A DNA stretch of 64,000 bases from an uncultured Acidobacteriota bacterium (GTDB taxonomy: Bacteria > Acidobacteriota > Vicinamibacteria > Vicinamibacterales > UBA2999), in contig CAVUHC010000002.1 of the NCBI GenBank assembly GCA_963741135.1, positions 255,413-319,412 on the forward strand, in the 5' to 3' direction. The position numbers and the translations under genes are program-made. Numbering within the stretch: the stretch's first letter is position 1; each line of letters begins with the position of its first letter. Positions 50,303 through 60,841 of this stretch are shown piece after piece. The notes under the pieces are model-generated. The model was not told the DNA's origin. It did not search any database and was given only the letters and a program-made list of their open reading frames with translations.

Positions 50303-52594
50303 TCACCGGCCCCTGTAGTCGATCGCGAATTCGTCCTTGGGAAACAGATCACGATTGACGTCCACCAGGGCCTGCCGATCGAAGTCGGGACCGTAGACTC
50401 GTGGGTCCCGTAGTAGATACGGAGCAAGAAGTTTCTCGATATCGATCTCCCCTCGGCGGTAATAGTCACGCGTAAAAGGCTGCCGCATCCGATCGGCAAT
50501 CGCTGGGCGATCGAGCGACAGAGGGATCGTGGTGCCGATCGCCATGTCTTCGAAGACCAGGACGTGCGGAAACACTTTTACGAACGTGTCGACCACCCGC
50601 TGTGTGGGCGTCCACGTGACAGCGAGCCCCTCGGGGTTCAGTCGCTCACGAAGCAGCTCGAAATATTCGACTGAGTACAGGTTGCCGGCGTACGCGCTCG
50701 TTGGGCGTAGCGCATCCGCCTCGATCACGTCATAACGCCGTGCGCCTTTTCTGATGAGCATCCTCCCGTCGGTGAACCAATGCTGCAGGCGCAGGTCTCC
50801 AAGCAGCATCCGAAGCGCCGGGTACATCCGTTGTTGATCCAGCAGCCGCAGCGTCTCGAGCTCTGGCGCAATGATTTCGATGCTGTCAATGCTCCTTGTC
50901 TCGGATCTGCCACCGATGCCGAACACCGTGTCGCCCGAGCCCAGCCCGATGACCGCAACCGCGACGGGCTTCGGATGGAGCATCGCTGGCAGAGCGCCCA
51001 GCACGGTATGCAAACCGCCGTACGGCAGGATGCTCTGCCCGAGGCCGTTTGCATGCACGATCGTTTCGGCGCTGTTGGGCGTGGTCTTGAGCACTGACAA
51101 CCCTGATCCGTCCTCCGCTTCGATGATTTGGTCTGGCGCGGCGCCGTGCAGTCTGGCCCAAAGTGTGGACTCGGATGGCGTGAGGTACGCAACAGCGCAA
51201 ACGAAACCGATTGCAGCCGCCCGTCGCCAGCGCGCACCACGACCGGGTTGTACGTACCCATAGAGCCAGATGAACATGGCGGAACACAACACAAGCAGTT
51301 GAAGCGTGCCGTCCGACCCGAACACGTCGAGGAGTACGAGGCCGGTCAGCATGGCCCCGACCATCGACCCGACGATGTTGGCGGTTTGCAGCCAGCCGAC
51401 GCGTCGGCCGAGCGTCGCGAGATCGGTCTGCACGGCGCGCTGAAGGTGACCGAAGCTTAAGCCCATCATCAGCGTCGGCAGGCCCATTAGTCCGATCGGC
51501 ACTGCCACGTAGAGAGCGAAAAAGAGTCCTCGACCGGAGCCGACGACCTCCTCACTCGACAGGGTTTCGTACCGGCCGAGGTACTGCCAGAGCGGGTCCG
51601 CCATATCGATCTGGTGGACGAACATGACAAACACGGTAAGTAAAATCACGGCAACGCTCGGGATGGCGGCCTGAAGCAGCAAGAACCCCCGTGCCGGCTG
51701 CCATGACCGCGCGAGCCGGCTACTGGCCACGAGCGATCCGAGGCCGACGCCGCCCAGATACACCCCAAGCAGATGGCCGAAGGTGAACGAATTCGCCTTC
51801 AAAATCACACCGAGAATCCGAAACCACACGATCTCGAGCGACAGCGCGATGAAGCCTGACAGCGCATAGATGGCAATCCAGGTCGACAGGCTGAGACGGT
51901 GCTGATGGCCGCTATCGAGGACTGGAACCAGCGCTTCCGGAGTTGCGACTTCGGCGACGGCTGACCAGCCTCGAACGAGGCGGGGGGCGACGAGCAGCAC
52001 ACCGAGCGCGCAAGTGGCGCTGAGCGTGGCGCCGACACGAACGCTGGTGACCAGGTCGACGGTGCGAAACAGAATTGCGGCGGCAAAAAGCGACCCGCAG
52101 GCCGCCCCAAGCGTATTCCACCCGTACAGAACGGGGACCCACCGCGCAGGCTGGCGTGCGTCGTGGGTCATCGCCGTGGCCAGCAACGGCAGTGACATCC
52201 CCATGAAAAACGTCGGCCAAAGAGTGACTCCGAAGATGATCGCCGCCATCGCGGCGCGGGGCATTGCCCAGGACCCGAGTCCCAGGTACAAGACGTCGTA
52301 GTAGATGGTCGCGCTGAAAACCGCGAACACGGCGATCGCCAGCTCACATGACGCGAACGCAAGGAGGCGACCGCGTGCGCCGAGTCGATCGGCAAGATAA
52401 CCGCCCGCCAAGCTTCCGAAGCCGAGTCCGCCCATGAACGCCGACACGATGATCGTGACGGAGTACACGTCGGCGCCACCGAAGAAGCTGAGCATGCGCT
52501 GCCAGACGATCTGATACAGCAGGGCGGTAAAGCCGCTCACGAAGAAGACGAACAGGAACGCGACACTCGCACTACTCACAGAGCCGGCCCCCAT
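50303..52594 (-). CDS. Fused MFS-like membrane domain / spermidine-synthase-like protein
   Basis: Intact 763 aa. N-terminal polytopic domain (FVSGFTALLYQIVWQR) and C-terminal aminopropyltransferase-like domain (VIGLGSGDT). Confidence 0.75.
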   Translation of the reverse strand: MGAGSVSSASVAFLFVFFVSGFTALLYQIVWQRMLSFFGGADVYSVTIIVSAFMGGLGFGSLAGGYLADRLGARGRLLAFASCELAIAVFAVFSATIYYDVLYLGLGSWAMPRAAMAAIIFGVTLWPTFFMGMSLPLLATAMTHDARQPARWVPVLYGWNTLGAACGSLFAAAILFRTVDLVTSVRVGATLSATCALGVLLVAPRLVRGWSAVAEVATPEALVPVLDSGHQHRLSLSTWIAIYALSGFIALSLEIVWFRILGVILKANSFTFGHLLGVYLGGVGLGSLVASSRLARSWQPARGFLLLQAAIPSVAVILLTVFVMFVHQIDMADPLWQYLGRYETLSSEEVVGSGRGLFFALYVAVPIGLMGLPTLMMGLSFGHLQRAVQTDLATLGRRVGWLQTANIVGSMVGAMLTGLVLLDVFGSDGTLQLLVLCSAMFIWLYGYVQPGRGARWRRAAAIGFVCAVAYLTPSESTLWARLHGAAPDQIIEAEDGSGLSVLKTTPNSAETIVHANGLGQSILPYGGLHTVLGALPAMLHPKPVAVAVIGLGSGDTVFGIGGRSETRSIDSIEIIAPELETLRLLDQQRMYPALRMLLGDLRLQHWFTDGRMLIRKGARRYDVIEADALRPTSAYAGNLYSVEYFELLRERLNPEGLAVTWTPTQRVVDTFVKVFPHVLVFEDMAIGTTIPLSLDRPAIADRMRQPFTRDYYRRGEIDIEKLLAPYLLRDPRVYGPDFDRQALVDVNRDLFPKDEFAIDYRGR

Positions 52595-52609
52595 TTCCGC
52601 ATCCGTGAC

Positions 52610-52655
52610 TGGTCGTTTGGAACTTGGGATTTGGAACTTGGGATTTTGGATTTAC
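52610..52655. repeat. Heptamer tract (TTGGAAC/TTGGGAT)n, copy 2
   Basis: GTTTGGAACTTGGGATTTGGAACTTGGGATTTTGGATTTACG. Confidence 0.85.
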
Positions 52656-53678
52656 GACTTCAACCCCCATCGCATCAACACCGTGCCGACCGTAAAGCCA
52701 GCCCCAACTGACGCGAGGAGAAGCAAATCGCCTTCCTTCAGACGCTTCTCCTCCACAGCGTCGTTCAACGCCAGCGGAATCGTACCCGCCGTTGTGTTGC
52801 CGAACCGCTCGATGTTGATGACGACCTTTTCCGGAGGAATGCCGAGCTTCTGGGTCGCCGACTGGATGATGCGGCGGTTGGCCTGGTGCGACACGAAGAG
52901 GTCGATCTCGCATGGCTTGACACCGTTGCGGTCGAGGATTCGATTGGCCGCTTCCTCGGTGTTGCGCACGGCCCACTTGAACACGGCCGCGCCGTCCTGC
53001 TTGACGTAATGCAGCCGCTGGTCGACGGTCTCGTGCGTCGCGGGCCGCAGGCTGCCGCCCGCCGGCATGCACAGCGCGTCGCCGCCGCTGCCATCCACGT
53101 AGTTCTCGAAATCGATGATCCCGATCCGGTCGTCGTCTGATGCCTCGACCACGACGGCGCCCGCGCCGTCGCCGAACAGCACGCAGGTCGTGCGGTCGGT
53201 GTAGTCGATGATGCTGGACATCACGTCGGCGCCGATCACGAGCGCGTGCCTGCTGCGCGCCCGACGCGATCATCTGCGCCGCCGTCGTCAGCGCATACGT
53301 GAAGCCCGAGCACGCGGCGCCGAGATCGAATCCCCACGCATGGTTCGCACCAATCTTCGTCTGCACCAGGCAGGCGGTACTCGGAAAGATCATGTCCGGC
53401 GTGGTCGTGCCGACGACGATGAAGTCGATGTCCGCGGGTGTCAGTCCGGCGCGGCGGATGGCCTCGCGGGACGCTTCGGCGGCGAGGTCCGATGTCGCGA
53501 CGCCGGGATCGACGATGTGCCGCTCGCGGATGCCAGTCCGCTGCAGGATCCATTCATCCGTGGTCTCGACCAGCCTCTCGAGGTCGGCGTTGGTGAGCAG
53601 CCTCGGTGGAACGAATGTCGCAAGGCTGGAGATACGGGCGCGGCGAAGGCCGCGCGCGACGGCATGATCGGTTACCAC
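52652..53678 (-). pseudogene. fabH: 3-oxoacyl-ACP synthase III; one frame break near 53240
   Basis: GAACSGF (active-site Cys) in ORF 52572-53678; HQAN and GNTTAG in ORF 52652-53239. Confidence 0.9.
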
Positions 53679-54688
53679 AGTCCAGAGCCCCTCCCGGGCG
53701 CGGTGAGCCCGAAATACTCGTACGCGCGTGCCGTGGCCACACGGCCGCGCGGCGTGCGATCCAGAAAGCCTGCCTGAATCAGGAACGGCTCGTAGATGTC
53801 CTCGATCGCGTCTCTTTCCTCGTTGATGGCGGCGGCGATGCTGTTGACGCCCACCGGTCCGCCGCTGAACTTGTCGATGATGGTGCGAAGCAGCTTTCGA
53901 TCGACTTCGTCGAAGCCGTGGTCGTCGACCTCGAGGAGCGTCATCGCCGCGCGGGCGACCTCCCCGCTGATGCGGCCGTCGGCGCGGACCTGCGCGTAGT
54001 CGCGCACGCGCCGCAGCAGCCGGTTCGCGATGCGCGGCGTGCCGCGCGATCGCCGCGCGATCTCGATCGAGGCGTCCGCGTCGATGGACACGTTGAGAAT
54101 TCGCGCCGAGCGGCGGACGATCTCCTCGATGTCGGCGTCCTGGTAGAAATCCAGGCGATGGACGATGCCGAAGCGCGCCCGCAGCGGCCCGGTCAGGAGA
54201 CCGGCGCGCGTCGTGGCCCCGATCAACGTGAATTTCTTGACGGGCACCTTCACCGAACGGGCGCCGGGCCCCTGCCCGATCATGATGTCCAGCTCGTAGT
54301 CCTCCATCGCGGGGTAGAGGATCTCTTCGATCGCCGGCGCCAGCCGATGAATCTCGTCGATGAAGAGGACCTCGTGCTCCTGGAGGTTGGTGAGCATGGC
54401 CGCGAGGTCTCCGGCTCTCTCGATGACCGGACCGGCGGTCGCGCGCACCGGCACGCCAAGCTCGTGGCCGATGACGTACGCCAGCGTCGTCTTGCCAAGT
54501 CCGGGCGGACCGTACAGGAGGACGTGATCGAGCGCTTCCTTTCGGCCGCGCGCCGCTTCGATCGACACCTGCAGGTTGTCGCGCACGCGATCCTGGCCGA
54601 TGTACTCGGCCAGCGATCGCGGGCGCAATCCCGCTTCGTACTGCGCGTCGTCGTCGACGGGTCCGGCGGTGACGAGGCGGTCGTTCAT
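53672..54688 (-). CDS. ruvB: Holliday junction helicase RuvB
   Basis: [16 protein letters not shown], and full-length agreement with the family layout. Confidence 0.97.
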   Translation of the reverse strand: MNDRLVTAGPVDDDAQYEAGLRPRSLAEYIGQDRVRDNLQVSIEAARGRKEALDHVLLYGPPGLGKTTLAYVIGHELGVPVRATAGPVIERAGDLAAMLTNLQEHEVLFIDEIHRLAPAIEEILYPAMEDYELDIMIGQGPGARSVKVPVKKFTLIGATTRAGLLTGPLRARFGIVHRLDFYQDADIEEIVRRSARILNVSIDADASIEIARRSRGTPRIANRLLRRVRDYAQVRADGRISGEVARAAMTLLEVDDHGFDEVDRKLLRTIIDKFSGGPVGVNSIAAAINEERDAIEDIYEPFLIQAGFLDRTPRGRVATARAYEYFGLTAPGRGSGLW

Positions 54689-54695
54689 GGCAGGC

Positions 54696-55295
54696 TCATC
54701 GCATCAATTCCCGGAGCGCGCTCCTGAGTGCATCCTCGAATGTGGTGCCGCCATCCGACGTGTGACTGGCATCCACGGCCTTTTCGGCCAGCGGGCGATG
54801 ATAGCCCAGGTTCTCGAGCGCCGAGATGAGGTCGTTGCGCAGACGATCGCCGGTTGACGGCTGAACGCCTTCGGCTTCTGGTGCCGGCGCGACGTCCTCG
54901 AGCCGATCCTTCAGCTCGAGCACCATTCGCTCCGCTGTCTTCTTGCCGACACCAGGAATCCGCGTCAGACGCGCAACGTCGGCACGCTGCACCGCGACGA
55001 CGAGCTCACGGCTGTCGATCCCCGACAGGACCGCAATCGCCAGCTTCGGACCGATTCCGCTGATCGCGATCAGCCGTTCGAAGAGCAGCTGCTCGAGCGG
55101 CGTGAGAAATCCAAACAGCTGCAGCGTGTCTTCGCGCACGTGCGTGTGCACGCGCAGCGACACATCCGATCCGACTTCACCGATCTCGTAGTAGGTGGAC
55201 AGGGGCACGTGGACTTCGTAGCCGACGCCGCTCACGTCGAGGATGATCCGGTTCGGAAACTTGTCGAGAACCCGTCCTCGAAGAAACGCAATCAT
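54696..55295 (-). CDS. ruvA: Holliday junction DNA helicase RuvA
   Basis: MIAFLRGRV..., HhH motifs ([21 protein letters not shown]). Confidence 0.95.
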   Translation of the reverse strand: MIAFLRGRVLDKFPNRIILDVSGVGYEVHVPLSTYYEIGEVGSDVSLRVHTHVREDTLQLFGFLTPLEQLLFERLIAISGIGPKLAIAVLSGIDSRELVVAVQRADVARLTRIPGVGKKTAERMVLELKDRLEDVAPAPEAEGVQPSTGDRLRNDLISALENLGYHRPLAEKAVDASHTSDGGTTFEDALRSALRELMR

Positions 55296-55890
55296 CCGTG
55301 GGTGGGAGGACGGTACTGGCGCCAGGTGCGGGGCTGGCGCCTGTCAGGGATCGGGGATCCGGGATCGGGATCCGGGGATCCTGATCCCTGATCCCTGATC
55401 CCTGATCCCCGATCCCGGCCGGCGCCATCGAATGCATATGGCAGATCGCGACGGCCAGCGCATCGGCGGCGTCATGTGGCGTTGGCGCGGCGGCGAGACC
55501 GAGGAGCAGCTTCACCATCTGCGCCACCTGGTGCTTCTCGGCGCGACCGTACCCGACGACCGCGCGCTTGATTTCAGCTGGCGTGTACTCGACCACCTCG
55601 CAGCCCGCTTCGATCGCGGCAAGCATCGCCACGCCACGCGCGTGACCGAGCTTCAACGCGCTGCGGACGTTCGTCGCGTGGAAGAGATTCTCGATGGCGA
55701 CGCAGTCAGGGTGAAGCGACGCAAGGAGCACGGAGAGCTCGGCGTGAATCCGGGCAAGGCGGTGTGGAAACGAGTCGGCCTGGCGCGCGGTAATTGCGCC
55801 GCAGGCTACGAGGTGATGCCGGCGTCCATCCGTCTCCACGCAGCCGTAACCGGTGCGTTCGGAGCCAGGATCGATGCCGAAGATTCTCAC
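55177..55890 (-). CDS. ruvC: Holliday junction resolvase RuvC; C-terminus reads through a repeat, true stop probably ATGA-coupled to ruvA at about 55292
   Basis: MRIFGIDPGSERTGYG...HDAADALAVAICH. As written the ORF overlaps ruvA by 118 nt. A +1 frame ends in GGATGATT, overlapping the ruvA ATG. Confidence 0.9.
   Translation of the reverse strand: MRIFGIDPGSERTGYGCVETDGRRHHLVACGAITARQADSFPHRLARIHAELSVLLASLHPDCVAIENLFHATNVRSALKLGHARGVAMLAAIEAGCEVVEYTPAEIKRAVVGYGRAEKHQVAQMVKLLLGLAAAPTPHDAADALAVAICHMHSMAPAGIGDQGSGIRDQDPRIPIPDPRSLTGASPAPGASTVLPPTDDCVSSRTGSRQVSEPDHPRRERRRLRSPRAPVHLLRDR
55344..55417. repeat. Palindrome of (GGGATCN)n heptamers inside the ruvC 3' end
   Basis: CAGGGATCGGGGATCCGGGATCGGGATCCGGGGATC|CTGATCCCTGATCCCTGATCCCTGATCCCCGATCCCGG. 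Confidence 0.9.
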
Positions 55891-56637
55891 GCGAGGGAGG
55901 CCTCGATCTCCTTCTCCTCGATGTCGAAGTTCGCCCAGACGTGCTGGACGTCATCGTGGTCCTCGATCGCTTCCATCAGCCGCAGCATCTGCTGCGCTTC
56001 CTTGCCAACGAGCTTCACGTAATTCTTCGGCACCATGGCGATCTCCGCGCTGGCCGCCTCGACACCGAGCGCCTTGACCGCCTCGCGCACGGTCTCGAAG
56101 TTGGCGGGCGCGCACACGATTTCCCAGGCGCTGTCGTCGTCGTTCAGGTCGTCGGCGCCGGCGTCGAGCACTGCAGCAAGGAGTTTCTCTTCGTCGATTT
56201 TCCCCTTCTCGACGAAGACCTGTCCCTTTTTCGAGAACAGCCACGCCACGCTGTTCTCTGCGGCCAGAGTTCCCCGCGTGCTTGCCGAGCATGTGGCGGA
56301 TTTCTCCGACCGTGCGGTTCTTGTTGTCAGTAAGGGTTTGAATCAGGACCGCGACGCCGCCGGGACCGTAGGCCTCGTACGTGATTTCCTCGTACGAGAC
56401 GCCCGGTTCCTCGCCCGTGCCGCGGCGAATGGCGCGCTCGATGTTCTCGCGCGGCATGTTGGCCGCCTTGGCATCGGCCACGATCGTCCGCAGGCGCGGA
56501 TTCATGTCGACATCGCCACCCCCGGCGCGGGCGGCCACGGACAATTCCTTGATGATGCGGGTGAAGACCTTGCCGCGCTTCGCGTCCGCGGCGCCCTTCT
56601 TATGCTTGATGGTTGCCCACTTGGAATGGCCTGACAT
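55887..56637 (-). pseudogene. YebC/PmpR family transcriptional regulator; one frame break near 56285
   Basis: [14 protein letters not shown]... in ORF 55951-56637; the C-terminal half is in ORF 55887-56249. GTGA overlap with ruvC. Confidence 0.9.
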
Positions 56638-56679
56638 GCGGAAACTCCAGAAAACAAAAGGGAAAAGTGACCTGCGATT

Positions 56680-57583
56680 CTAACACGCGCGGACCGCCGA
56701 CCTGCCCCCAGGGGAGTCGAGGGGCCTGCGCGCGAGAATCATCCAGACGTCCGCGCGGGGATCCCAGGGCCCTCCGCGATAATCGCCGAGCAGCGCAGTA
56801 ATTTCAAAGCCGGCTTTCCGCAGACGGCTCGTCATCTGCGGCACCGACAAGGTCCGAAACGTCAGGGCGAACCGGTGGACCCGACGGCGCGATCCGCGCC
56901 GCTCGACGAACTGCTGGTCGAAGGTTGTCAGGTGGCGGGCCGGATCCTGACGCACGGTCTCGACGAGGGTCACATGCGCTCCGCCGCGGGCGCCCCGCCA
57001 GCCAGAGAGGCTGACGCGTTTCTTGTACTCCTTCCAGGACGGCAGGTCGGCCACGAGCTCGAGCCCGAACGTCGCACCGGGCTGAAGCACGCGCGGCGAC
57101 GGCCTCGAGCGTGGCGGCCAGATCGCGCTCGCGGAGCAACGACTGGAGCACGCCGTACGGCGCGATCACGAGCGAAAACCCGCCTTCGCTCGTCGGAGCA
57201 GACCTACCCGACGAGCTACGGCGGGGCAAGCCCGTCGTATCAGCCCCGAGCGGCAAGCTACGACGAGGCCTGGCGGCGAGGAAGGGCAGGTATCGGATGT
57301 CGCCGCGGATCAATCGGACACGTCCACCCAGCCGGGCGCGCCGGATCCGCTGGCGGGCACGGGCGAGCATCGGCTCCGATCGATCGATGCCCACGATCGA
57401 GACGCCGGCGCGACCGAGAGGAATAGAGATGCGCCCGGTGCCGCAGCCAAGTTCGAGGACCGGTCCATCGACCTGTAGTGCAAGGTTGCGCCAGAAGGGA
57501 ACGTCGCGCCTGCCGAGCGTTCGCGCGTTCTCCCAGTCGTAGAACGGCGCGTAGTCATCCCAACCCTCGTATCCCTCAGCCAT
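56680..57583 (-). pseudogene. Class I SAM-dependent methyltransferase with an in-frame repeat insertion; one frame break near 57095
   Basis: Motif I LELGCGTGR and GDIRYLPF in ORF 56804-57583; the remainder is in ORF 56680-57090. Confidence 0.75.
57176..57285. repeat. REP-like family B element, copy iii, inside the methyltransferase CDS
   Basis: CCCGCCTTCGCTCGTCGG...CCGACGAGCTACGGCGGGGCAAGCCC. Encodes about 32 extra residues between RYLPF and GGFSLVIAPYG. Confidence 0.65.
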
Positions 57584-57600
57584 GTAATGCTTTAGCCATG

Positions 57601-57706
57601 TAATTCAAAATGCAAATTCAAAATGCAAAATCCAAACAGAACATGTGCGCATCAACCGATCGTTCGCATCAGCAGTGTTTGCATTTTGAATTTTGCATTT
57701 TGAATT
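57601..57706. repeat. Palindromic element with (GCAAAAT/TTCAAAA)n arms, copy 2
   Basis: Arms at 57601-57638 and 57675-57706. Same family as 6138-6262, with an unrelated centre. Confidence 0.9.
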
Positions 57707-57711
57707 ACGCC

Positions 57712-58440
57712 CTAGTCAGAAACCGCCAATTCGCCCGGAACGATCGGACGTGTGCGCGGGAGGAGACCGCGGCGCGACATGTGGCCAACGATCGCGAGAA
57801 CGCCGACAAATACCGTGAGCTTGATGGCGTCGCCCGCGCGACTGGCGGGCACGACTTTCCACAGCAGCCATAGAATCGGGTGCGCGATCGCGACCGCCCA
57901 GACAGACCCGTAGAAATAGCGTCGCTCGTGTCCCTCTCCCTGTGTCGACCGCTTCACACGGGGGAGGAGTCCGAAGGCACCTAGCGCCCACATGGTGCCC
58001 GCAATCGGAAAGTACGCCGCCTCATACATTTGCTTCAGGCGCCACATGCCAGTGATGAGCGCGTATGCGAGACCGGCGATGTTCAGCAGGGCGAACGCGG
58101 CGACTTCGCCCCACGCCGTCGTGTAGCACACGCGTCGATAGAGCGGGTTCGGCCGATCCTCGGTGAACCTGATGATGTACGGCCGCGGCTCGCATCCCGG
58201 CAGTTTGCCCCGAATGCCCGCGATGCCGGTCGCGACGACCACGCATCCCAGCCAGATCGCGAGCCGCCGATCGAAGCCATGCTCGAACAGATCGAACGTC
58301 AGGGGTCCCGGCGCGATGAAGAACACGAAAATCCAGATCGGCCAGTGGTTGAAGCGGTAATACAGTTTGTTCGAGTGGCGAATCTTCCGCGCCGTGTCCA
58401 GCTCGACGTAGATTGAGTCCGTCTGGAGGGGTTGGTTCAT
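57712..58440 (-). CDS. Hypothetical polytopic membrane protein (242 aa)
   Basis: Intact ORF with about 6 hydrophobic helices. No family recognised. Confidence 0.5.
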   Translation of the reverse strand: MNQPLQTDSIYVELDTARKIRHSNKLYYRFNHWPIWIFVFFIAPGPLTFDLFEHGFDRRLAIWLGCVVVATGIAGIRGKLPGCEPRPYIIRFTEDRPNPLYRRVCYTTAWGEVAAFALLNIAGLAYALITGMWRLKQMYEAAYFPIAGTMWALGAFGLLPRVKRSTQGEGHERRYFYGSVWAVAIAHPILWLLWKVVPASRAGDAIKLTVFVGVLAIVGHMSRRGLLPRTRPIVPGELAVSD

Positions 58441-58497
58441 CAGGGATCAGGGATCGGGGATCAGGGATTCGGGATCCGGGATCCGGGATCGGGATTA
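58441..58497. repeat. One-armed (GGGATCN)n heptamer tract
   Basis: Eight consecutive units filling the intergenic gap. Confidence 0.9.
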
Positions 58498-58501
58498 GGC
58501 A

Positions 58502-59180
58502 TCAGGATACATTACGAATTCGTCCATCCTCGATCATGAGGACGCGATGTGAGGTCGCGCGCGCGAATTCGGCGTCGTGCGTGGCGATGACGATCGGTAC
58601 GGCCCTGCGCCGCGAGCTGGCGCAGCGTTGAAGCCAGCTCGTGACGCCGTGCGGGATCAAGGGATGCGGTCGGCTCGTCCATCAGCAAAAGCGGAGGCTC
58701 GACGGCAATCGCACGGGCAATCGCGACACGCTGCGCTTCTCCACCGGACAATTCGTGCGGCAGTGCTGCCGAGCGGTCGCCAACGCCGAGGCTGACCAGC
58801 AGCTCCTGGGCACGCGCTTCTGCGTCCGCGAGAGGACGTTGCGTCACGTGGACGAGTGCGAGCCACACATTCTTGTGCGCAGTCATGTGGGCAAATAGGT
58901 GGTGGAACTGGAACACCATGCCAACGCGCCGGTGCAGCTCCCGAAGGGTCTGGCCGCGCTGGATGCTCCCCGGCTCCAGCGTCATGCCGTCGAGGACGAT
59001 CGTGCCGGCGCCAATCGGATCGAGTCCCGCGATCGCGCGCAGGATCGTCGTCTTTCCTGCGCCGGATGCACCCATCAGCGCGACGACCTCGCCGCGTGAT
59101 GCGGAAAACGAGATACCCGAGACGATTGGCCGCCCGCTTCGGCGAACCTCGAGCGATGTGACCTCGAGTACCGCGGTCAC
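58502..59180 (-). pseudogene. Amino-acid ABC transporter ATP-binding protein; one frame break near 58610
   Basis: GASGAGKTT, LSGGEAQRVAIARA and LLLMDEP. An alternative frame restores PIVIATHDAEFA...VLMIEDGRI and a TGA at 58502. GTGA overlap with the permease gene. Confidence 0.9.
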
Positions 59181-60680
59181 GCCCGCCGCCATCCGCGCTC
59201 GATGCGCCGCGCGATCCGCGCCAGCGGCAGCGAGAGGGCGAGGTACAGCGCCGCGCACATCACCCCTGGCAAAACCCAACTGCCGATGTTGGCCGCAAAG
59301 ATCGACGTCTGCTTCGTCAGCTCAACGACCGTAATGACCGACACGAGTGAGGTGTCTTTCAACAGCGCCACAAAGTCGTTGGTCATGGGCGCGAGCGCGA
59401 GCCTGAACGCCTGCGGTGCCCGAACAAGGACGAGGATCTGCCGCTGGGTGAATCCGAGCGTGCGCGCGGCATCCAGCTGCCCCTGCGGTACGGCTTCGAG
59501 CGCGCCGCGATAGATTTCGCTTTCGTAGGCGGCGTAGTTCAGTCCGAGGCCGAGCAGCGCCGCCAGGAACGCCGGCAGCTGAATGAAGGGTGCAAGCCCG
59601 AAATACAGGACGAAGAGCTGCAGCAGGAGCGGCGTGCCACGAATCATCTCGACGTAGATCGTCAGCGCCGCCCGCAGTGAGCTGTGCCCATAGATGCGGC
59701 CGCTCGCGATGAGCATGCCGACGCCCACGGCGAGCGACATCGAGAGACAGGACAGCACGACGGTGATCAGCGCGGCGTTCAGAAGCGCAGGAAGATAACG
59801 CCACGCCGCCTCCCACGTGCTCATCGTCTGGCTTCCGGTGGGCGCCAGACTCGAGGGCTCGACGGGAGTCGACGTCGAATCCGCCAGGAGGCGTGCATAC
59901 AAGCGCGGCTGATCCTCGTTCCACACGTTCCAGCGCCTGAAGACCGCCTCGAGCCGTCCGTCGCGCATGGCGCTTCGCAGGATTTCGTTCATCCGGTCGC
60001 GCAACGCCGTCTGGGTGGGCGCGAGAACGCCCACGTAATGTCCGACAGCCAGAGGCTGGGGCTGGTTGAACAGGCTGGTGTCCCTGAGCACGCCGCGCCG
60101 CGCAAGGATGAAATCCAGCACCACCGCATCGACCCGTCCAAGCGCCAGATCGGAATACGGGTGCACGTCGTCTTCGTACGTGACGGGAATGATGCCGTCG
60201 CGAGCCTGGGCGTCGACGAGCAGGTCATAGGCGAGGGTCGCCCCGAGCGTCGCGACGCGGCGGCCGCGAAGATCCGCCAGCGAACGGAACCGATCGCGGT
60301 CGGCGTTGCGGACGGTCAGGATTTCGCGGAACTCGTAGTACGGAATCGTGACCGCGAGGCGAGACCGGCGGGTCGGAGTATCTTCGATGCCGCTGAGTCC
60401 GACATCGAAGTCGCCGCGCGCCGTTGCCGCGTCAAGGGTCGTGAATCCGGTCTGAATAAATCGAGGCACACGGCCAAGTCCGGTGGCGAGAAGGGTGGCG
60501 ACATCGACGTCGAATCCCTCGACACGCGTGGGATCGCCTGGATCGGCTTCAACGAACGGCGCACCTCCCTCGGCGTCGCCGCCCCACCGCAGTTCCTGTG
60601 ACTGGGCCTGTGCGACGGCAGACCGCGGCGAGCGCAAGAAACAGGCCACAGAGACACGAGCGTTGTGGCTCTTTCGCCCG
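59177..60680 (-). pseudogene. Fused amino-acid ABC substrate-binding protein / permease; signal peptide in another frame (break near 60612)
   Basis: SBP domain (FDVDVA...GLSGIEDT) plus a permease with an EAA-like loop (ALEAVPQGQLDAARTLGF). The hydrophobic signal CGLFLALAAV is in ORF 60549-60731. Confidence 0.8.
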
Positions 60681-60727
60681 TGACAACCGCCAGTGTGCGC
60701 ATCGCAGGATGCTTTCGCAAAGACGGG

Positions 60728-60800
60728 CCACGGAGGAACGGAGGCACGGAGATATTCAACGCGAAAAGCCTGCTCCCTGTCTCCGTGTCTCCGTGGCTTG
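60728..60800. repeat. CACGGAGG-family hairpin, copy 3
   Basis: CCACGGAGGAACGGAGGCACGGAG ... CTCCCTGTCTCCGTGTCTCCGTGG. Confidence 0.9.
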
Positions 60801-60841
60801 TCTCAGAAATCGCGGCATTGTGCCACGCTAGGGATCTAGTC

